From assembly GCA_046497275.1 (NCBI GenBank), contig JAWOFX010000002.1, forward strand, positions 1 through 32,000: a stretch of DNA of 32,000 nucleotides, given 5' to 3'. Positions 26,325 through 32,000 of this stretch are shown piece by piece. The stretch's first letter is position 1, and every line of letters starts with the position of its first letter. This stretch comes from Promethearchaeia archaeon (GTDB taxonomy: Archaea; Asgardarchaeota; Lokiarchaeia; Sigyniarchaeales; SOKP01). Position numbers and translations under genes: made by a program. The notes beneath the pieces are model-generated. The model saw only the letters and a list, made by a program, of their open reading frames with translations, did not search any database and was not told where the DNA came from.

Positions 26325-27035
26325 ATGGCAAAAAATAATTTGATTGAGCAAGGAAAAAGAAACGCAGCAGAGAGGGCGGTTGAAGAAAATATAAAGGAGG
26401 GGATGATTATAGGTATAGGGAGTGGTTCTACGGTTGTTTATGCTGTACAAAAAATGGGGGAATTAAATCAAAATAATAATTTGAATCTAAAATGCATACC
26501 ATCCTCTTTTCAATCCTATCAATTAATTGTAGAAAACGGATTAGAATTAGTATCATTAGACCAATATTCAGAAATTGATCTGGATATCGATGGCGCCGAT
26601 GAGATAGACAAGGATCTAAATCTTATCAAAGGAGGCGGAGGGTGCCATGTTCAGGAAAAGATTCTTGCGTCCAATTCTAAAAAATTGATTATTATAGCAG
26701 ATTTTAGAAAGAATTCGAATTTTCTTGGCGAAAAATGGAAAAAAGGAATTCCAATTGAAGTTATTCCAATGGCTTATGTTCCGATAATGAATAAGATCAA
26801 AAAGATGGGGGGAAAACCAAAACTTAGAATGGCGCAATCCAAGGCTGGCCCATTAATATCGGATAATGGAAATTTTATTATAGATGCTGATTTTGGAATA
26901 ATTAAAAATCCCTCAGAATTAAATCAAAAATTAAAAGGTATATCTGGTGTGGTTGAAACTGGACTATTTATCAATATGGCTTCAAAAGCATATATTGGGC
27001 AAAAAGATGGAAAAGTTTCAATTAAGAATAAGTAA
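26325..27035 (+). CDS. rpiA: Ribose-5-phosphate isomerase A
   Basis: GIGSGST, DGADE, KGGGG, EK, DNGN, GVVETGLF. Confidence 0.96.
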   Translation: MAKNNLIEQGKRNAAERAVEENIKEGMIIGIGSGSTVVYAVQKMGELNQNNNLNLKCIPSSFQSYQLIVENGLELVSLDQYSEIDLDIDGADEIDKDLNLIKGGGGCHVQEKILASNSKKLIIIADFRKNSNFLGEKWKKGIPIEVIPMAYVPIMNKIKKMGGKPKLRMAQSKAGPLISDNGNFIIDADFGIIKNPSELNQKLKGISGVVETGLFINMASKAYIGQKDGKVSIKNK

Positions 27036-27066
27036 TGGGATTAGAGTTAAAAAATAAAGTTAATAT

Positions 27067-28107
27067 TTACACATTAGTTTCAATTTCCTGAATCTTTTTA
27101 TGAAATATGCCAATTTCTAGGTTAATTCTTTTTCTAATGACTTTAAAATAGATAATTAGCGCTCCTATTATTAATTGAGTTATAGCTAATATATTAAAAT
27201 AAAGCATATCTAATCCTATAGTACTTGACACGATTACTATATCTCCCGTTTTCGACCCGAAAATAAACCAATGAGGTAATCCAAAAGTATTATTGATCGA
27301 GTATAATGGAAAATCTAACCATGCTATAATCATTAGGAAAATTAAGAATCTATTAACCCAAAAATTAAATTTTTTGAAATATAGAATAAATCCTACTAGA
27401 AAGATAAAGACCCATTGAAAAATCTCTCCCCCCATCATTACAAGTATATAAAATTCATCTGGAACATTTTGAAAATTGACATAACCTGCAAAATTCTTCC
27501 AATCTAAAAATGGAAAGGGTGCATAACCAGTTATTTCTCCACCAGAAATTAATACGAAGAAAGCATGTCCATTTTCATGTATGAAGGAGCTTAAAAGAAG
27601 AGCTACAATTAAAAGACTGGTATATTGAAAATATCGCTTAAGATATCTTTCTCTGTTAAGAGTATGAAAGGTTAAACCTATAAAAACCAAAGTCGAGATA
27701 ATGTATAGATATCCTCCGATTTCTAAATATTCCAAATTTGTAGGTGTTGATCCCTGAGGAAATAAAATTAAAAATTGAGGATTAATAAAGAGGAGGATTA
27801 TTGAAAAGAAGGCTATTAAAGATTGTATTGAATAAATCAGAACTCTTAATTTTATTATTTTTACAAATAGATTTGTTATAATATTAATTACTGAGAGGAA
27901 AATCAGTAAATAAAAAGGTATCACTTGCGAATTCTCATAGAAAACATAAATAATTACTGGTAAGGACCCCCAAGTATTATGTTTTATATACATAAAATTA
28001 AAATTTAAAATTAGGAAAATTATTCCTAGAATAAGAATTAAAAAATTTCCTATATTACTTATTTTACTTCTTTGGAACACTGCTATAAAATCTTTATTCA
28101 TTTTCAC
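27067..28107 (-). CDS. Polytopic membrane protein, M50-like zinc metallopeptidase
   Basis: HENGH within a hydrophobic segment, GG motif, many predicted TM stretches. Confidence 0.65.
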   Translation of the reverse strand: MKMNKDFIAVFQRSKISNIGNFLILILGIIFLILNFNFMYIKHNTWGSLPVIIYVFYENSQVIPFYLLIFLSVINIITNLFVKIIKLRVLIYSIQSLIAFFSIILLFINPQFLILFPQGSTPTNLEYLEIGGYLYIISTLVFIGLTFHTLNRERYLKRYFQYTSLLIVALLLSSFIHENGHAFFVLISGGEITGYAPFPFLDWKNFAGYVNFQNVPDEFYILVMMGGEIFQWVFIFLVGFILYFKKFNFWVNRFLIFLMIIAWLDFPLYSINNTFGLPHWFIFGSKTGDIVIVSSTIGLDMLYFNILAITQLIIGALIIYFKVIRKRINLEIGIFHKKIQEIETNV

Positions 28108-28334
28108 TGATTAATTAAATTAATATTTAATTTCTAAATAAGGGAAGATTTTTTTAAAGATTATTCAAGATAGTTATGTACTTGAATACCCGTTTATGTG
28201 CTTCTATTACATATTTGTTGTATATTGAATTTAATATCATAATATTTTTGATATTATTAGTAATCAATAGAATAGTTTGGGTAAATTTAAAATATCAAAT
28301 TTTTATATGAAAATAGAGATATTATTTATTTGTA

Positions 28335-28802
28335 ATGAAAAATTCTATTGATGATTTTATAAAAAAATACGAACTAGATAATTTTAAGAAACCTTTAGAA
28401 TTGACACCACAAAATAAAATAGAATTTTTTAATGATTTAACAGAAATCTTAAGAATTATTTGTAGAATATTTGATAAAACTGCAAATATTCCATCTATTC
28501 GTGGTTTACTATTATTGATGGGATTAGCGAAAATCGGAGAATCTGAAGAGGTCATAAATAAATCTGATATAATGGATGAATTGAATATTGATAGATTAGA
28601 GAAATTATCGCATGCCTTTGAATATCTCGAACAAAATAACTATATAAAAATCATCGAGAAAACACCGCGATTTCATGTTGTAAAATTAAATAAAGAAGAA
28701 AATCCCGATTTAAAGATTTTTGAAGAACTTATAAAAAAATACTGGAAAAGTCCAAAAGAACAAAAAAAAAAAATTCAGAAATGGGTTGAGGAAAATGACT
28801 AA
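28335..28802 (+). CDS. Hypothetical protein, probable winged-helix domain
   Basis: INKSDIMDELNIDRLEKLSHAFEYLEQNNYIKI...FHVVKL pattern. Confidence 0.6.
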   Translation: MKNSIDDFIKKYELDNFKKPLELTPQNKIEFFNDLTEILRIICRIFDKTANIPSIRGLLLLMGLAKIGESEEVINKSDIMDELNIDRLEKLSHAFEYLEQNNYIKIIEKTPRFHVVKLNKEENPDLKIFEELIKKYWKSPKEQKKKIQKWVEEND

Positions 28803-29661
28803 AAATGAAAATTCATTTAGTTCAGGATTTGATCTGAATGATGGAGGTGAGACTAATATATTTTCCAAACTAAAAACAGAATTAAAATTGCGCCTTTTAA
28901 AATATATTATTCCATCTACTATTTTACTCGTATTTATAATTATAATCATCATTGGCTTAGAAGCCACTTCAACAAATGAAATACAATCAAATAATTATAA
29001 TCTATTCAAAATAGGGAATTATTTCAGTTTCTATTGGATATTTTTCGGTTTTAGTGCATTTTTTATAATAAAAATCTTAAGTATTCTTAAGAATAGAAAT
29101 ACTCCTATTATCAATGAATATATTAAGAGAGAAATAAACAATTTAAATTTAGAGTTAAAGACTTTTTATTCTTATGATATAATTTGTTTAATATTCCTCA
29201 TATTTTCAAGTTTTTTTTATCTTTTTAACGATTTAAGAATCTTTACCATTAATGAAAAAACTTTATTTTTAGGAAAGATTCTGCTCAGTCTTGTTCTTTT
29301 TAGCCTCTTGAATTTTATTCTGTGGGTAAATAACAAGAGAATCGATTTGAAGAATAACTATTATATCTACTTCAGAATTAAATTTCCAATTTTTAAAAAA
29401 AAAGAAATAGAGATGGTAAAAATATTCATGAAATCAAAAAGAGTTTTCCTCTTGTTTAACCGGGAGAAAAAGGATTTGTTTTCAAGAATTTCTAAGAAAA
29501 GATGGTTGCAGGTAGATAAGACATTAATCTTTAAAAGATTGAACCTAGGAATTTTTACAAATTTTTGCGAATTCTCTACCTTTCAAAATTTCCCAAATAA
29601 ATTTCTCAATATAGCCTTAGCAACTAGAGATTGGGATATTAATAAAACCAAACTTAATTGA
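28786..29661 (+). CDS. Hypothetical membrane protein
   Basis: Four hydrophobic segments followed by a soluble C-terminal region. Confidence 0.65.
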   Translation: MRKMTKNENSFSSGFDLNDGGETNIFSKLKTELKLRLLKYIIPSTILLVFIIIIIIGLEATSTNEIQSNNYNLFKIGNYFSFYWIFFGFSAFFIIKILSILKNRNTPIINEYIKREINNLNLELKTFYSYDIICLIFLIFSSFFYLFNDLRIFTINEKTLFLGKILLSLVLFSLLNFILWVNNKRIDLKNNYYIYFRIKFPIFKKKEIEMVKIFMKSKRVFLLFNREKKDLFSRISKKRWLQVDKTLIFKRLNLGIFTNFCEFSTFQNFPNKFLNIALATRDWDINKTKLN

Positions 29662-29742
29662 ATTTAAGTTAAATTAAAGAAATTAATTACTCCTTATACC
29701 TTATATTTTATATAATAATTAATACTCAAACGAGGTTAAATA

Positions 29743-30210
29743 ATGACTGATGAGTTTCAATTAAAACTAATTAGTGGAGAAATTACAGAAGATAATCGAA
29801 AAAGAATTCATACTGTTAAAAATCCTTTAAATAACTCTTTTCCTGAATTTAAATTACAATTACCTGTAGCTTATGAAGGGCCTGAAGGAGAGAAAGGGGA
29901 AATAGTCTATACTCCCGAACATTTCTTTATTGCAGCAATTTCTGGATGCTTTTTAACAACTTTTTCGGTTGTCTCATCTAATTCCAATTTTAAGTATAAC
30001 TCTCTAATAATTGAAGCAAAAGGAATTGTTGGAACTAGTACTGGTGAGAAAATAATGGAGAAAATTGAGCAAGATATCACTCTAAGAATTCCTTCATCAG
30101 AAAGAGAGCATAAAGCAGAGCGAGTTTTGGAGATAACTGAAGATAGATGCCCTCTTGCTAAATCAATCAAAACAAAAATCAATAATACATATAAAATAAT
30201 CTTCGAATGA
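29743..30210 (+). CDS. OsmC family peroxiredoxin-like protein
   Basis: TPEHFFIAAISGCF ... RCPLAKSI two-Cys pattern. Confidence 0.88.
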   Translation: MTDEFQLKLISGEITEDNRKRIHTVKNPLNNSFPEFKLQLPVAYEGPEGEKGEIVYTPEHFFIAAISGCFLTTFSVVSSNSNFKYNSLIIEAKGIVGTSTGEKIMEKIEQDITLRIPSSEREHKAERVLEITEDRCPLAKSIKTKINNTYKIIFE

Positions 30211-30241
30211 TTTTTTCTTATTTTCTTTACAATTCTTAAGT

Positions 30242-31171
30242 TTATCCTATTCCTAATAATACTACAATCAACCACATCAAGCCAAAACTGATAAAATTGG
30301 TTAAATTCACTAATGTAGAAGTTAATTTCTCATCATAACCCAACTCAACAGAAAAGGGAATAGCGCTCATTCCTATTGGTAATATAAGTCCTACCAATAT
30401 AAGAGCATTAAATTCTAATCCAAATGGTAAAATAAAAAGTAAAATGAAACCTATTAATAATCCAAAACCATATCTTGTCAAAAGAACTCTAATCACATAT
30501 TTCCAATCAGATTTTTCGAACTGAAAATCAATAAAAATACCTAAAACTAACAATGTGAGTGCCATATTCGCCCTTGAGAGGATATCCAAAAGATCTGTTA
30601 AAAATAATGGAAGAATTAAGCCGGATAAATTTATAATTAACGCGAGAAATAAAGCTATTAATGGAACAGAACTCAATACTCTTTTAATTATTGCTTTCCA
30701 ATTGAATTTCTCTTCATGAGGTTTAATTTTTGGAGAATAGAGAGATCCAAGTGTATATCCCAATATAAATACTGAAAAGGAGTTTCCTAAATCAAACATG
30801 ATTATATATTCCATACCAACTTCTCCCCAGATCCCTCGAATCAAGGGATAAGCAAATAGACCTATGTTAAATCCTACTGAAACCATCATTAATAATCCTT
30901 TATATCTTACTGGATAATTTCGATACATCATATATGTAAAACCGGACACAAGTAAACTATAACCAAATGCTAAAAAGGGGAGTAAAATTAATGTGGGATA
31001 AATTTCAATGTTGCTGAACACTTCTAATATTAATGCAGGTAAAGTTATATTCAATACCAATTTTGAGATAATTTTGCCATCATCCTCAGTAAGAAATCCT
31101 AATTTCTTGATAAGAAATCCGATAAAAATTATGGTTAATGATAACAGAAATAAATAATTAGGATTCGACAT
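30242..31171 (-). CDS. AEC family (auxin efflux carrier-like) transporter
   Basis: NITLPAL, NIGLFAYP, about 10 TM segments. Confidence 0.85.
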   Translation of the reverse strand: MSNPNYLFLLSLTIIFIGFLIKKLGFLTEDDGKIISKLVLNITLPALILEVFSNIEIYPTLILLPFLAFGYSLLVSGFTYMMYRNYPVRYKGLLMMVSVGFNIGLFAYPLIRGIWGEVGMEYIIMFDLGNSFSVFILGYTLGSLYSPKIKPHEEKFNWKAIIKRVLSSVPLIALFLALIINLSGLILPLFLTDLLDILSRANMALTLLVLGIFIDFQFEKSDWKYVIRVLLTRYGFGLLIGFILLFILPFGLEFNALILVGLILPIGMSAIPFSVELGYDEKLTSTLVNLTNFISFGLMWLIVVLLGIG

Positions 31172-31298
31172 TCACAGAAACCAAACTAAATTTTTAAATG
31201 TATCTTCTATAAATTCATGAATATAGAAAAAAATATCTAGAATTAGTTAAAAATGCTAAATACCTAATTTTTAATTCATAAAATAAAAAAAAAGTAAA

Positions 31299-31451
31299 TT
31301 ATTGTTGATATTTTTTAGATAAAAGTAGTGCTCCAATCCCGATTAGAGTGATTAGGAAAAATAGACTGTATCCGGGAATTTGATTGTCTAGTTCGCCTCC
31401 ATCAGGACTTTCTGAAATGGATAATCTTCTAAAGAAAATATCATCGCCCAT
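31299..31451 (-). CDS. 50-aa ORF that is mostly an IPGY-TM-basic C-terminal sorting signal (not in the ORF track); possible remnant
   Basis: MGDDIFFRRLSISESPDGGELDNQIPGYSLFFLITLIGIGALLLSKKYQQ*. Confidence 0.6.
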   Translation of the reverse strand: MGDDIFFRRLSISESPDGGELDNQIPGYSLFFLITLIGIGALLLSKKYQQ

Positions 31452-31575
31452 TCCCGAAGCTAGTTTAATTTTAGTTCTTTAATCTAATGAACTTTTTAGA
31501 TGAATTTAGTTCTTAGAGATTGATTTTTCAATGATATAATAAGAAAAAAAAGTTTTAGTAATTTTATTGATCATT

Positions 31576-32000
31576 TTATCCTTTTAATCTTAATTCTACT
31601 TCACTCAAATCCGTACCTTTAGTTTCTTTGATAAATTTGGGAATCAGATAAATGTGTGATAGGACAGGCAAGCTTAATATTATAAAGGAGATCCCTAAAT
31701 TAGAAATTGTCAGTGTAAAAATGGATCCGAGCACAAAACCAATAGTAATTCCTAAAGAAGTTGCCAATGATCTTATACCTAATCCTGTTCCTCGTTTATC
31801 TGTGGGTACTAATTCTTGTATGACGATTCGAATTACAATAAGTAACCCATTAAACCCAACATAACCTAAAGATAGTCCTAATGCGCATACTGCTAAAACT
31901 CCTACTGTTAAAACAGACCCTAAGTAAAGTAGTATAGTACCTATAGGAAGAATTATTGAACAAAAATACAAGAGCGGAATTCTTCCAATTCTGTCCGCTA
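31576..32000 (-). CDS. MFS transporter, C-terminal part (runs off the window)
   Basis: The frame is open to the window edge and reads ADRIGR (MFS motif A); QELVPTDKRGTGLG. Confidence 0.85.
   Translation of the reverse strand, partial: ADRIGRIPLLYFCSIILPIGTILLYLGSVLTVGVLAVCALGLSLGYVGFNGLLIVIRIVIQELVPTDKRGTGLGIRSLATSLGITIGFVLGSIFTLTISNLGISFIILSLPVLSHIYLIPKFIKETKGTDLSEVELRLKG

Noticed and set aside
31320-31480. Riboswitch upstream of the AEC transporter (GC-richer patch with faint FMN-like words)
   Set aside because: The core riboswitch consensus is missing, and the patch is better explained by the 50-aa IPGY ORF.
167-31864. Short ORFs overlapping confident genes, mostly antisense (e.g. 167-391, 1176-1412, 5810-6127, 6572-6787, 11973-12197, 17164-17349, 24443-24769, 29907-30275, 31652-31864)
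   Set aside because: Shadow frames of well-supported genes, with no recognisable motifs.

Overview
This is an AT-rich archaeal segment, most consistent with a Lokiarchaeia-type Asgard archaeon. That call is inferred from a Rag/Arf-like small GTPase, a longin-like domain, a TPR plus PCI-like winged helix, an IPGY-type C-terminal sorting signal and TATA-box promoters. Most of the window is housekeeping or metabolic: gatC, dut, purE, rpiA, thiolase, an ADP-forming acyl-CoA synthetase alpha subunit, dodecin, OsmC, HAD hydrolase, AEC and MFS transporters, and a MoxR-vWA pair. Two regions stand out. (1) 2.0-8.5 kb holds a small GTPase next to a response regulator whose output domain looks like a longin/uDENN fold with an Arg where the FLCN/SMCR8/NPRL2 GAP arginine finger sits. 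It is followed by a truncated paralog and a CheB-CheR-PAS-histidine kinase fusion, which together lie between two ~470-bp diverged direct repeats, each carrying an unannotated 41-codon ORF. (2) 16.2-18.9 kb is a GC-richer island encoding an oversized (~820-840 aa) solo TnpB. It has a rearranged, Fanzor-like RuvC triad, large insertions, and a structured 3' end finishing in a single Cas12f-repeat-like 32-mer. No tRNA, rRNA or CRISPR array was seen. All family assignments come from motif recognition by eye; no database searches were run.
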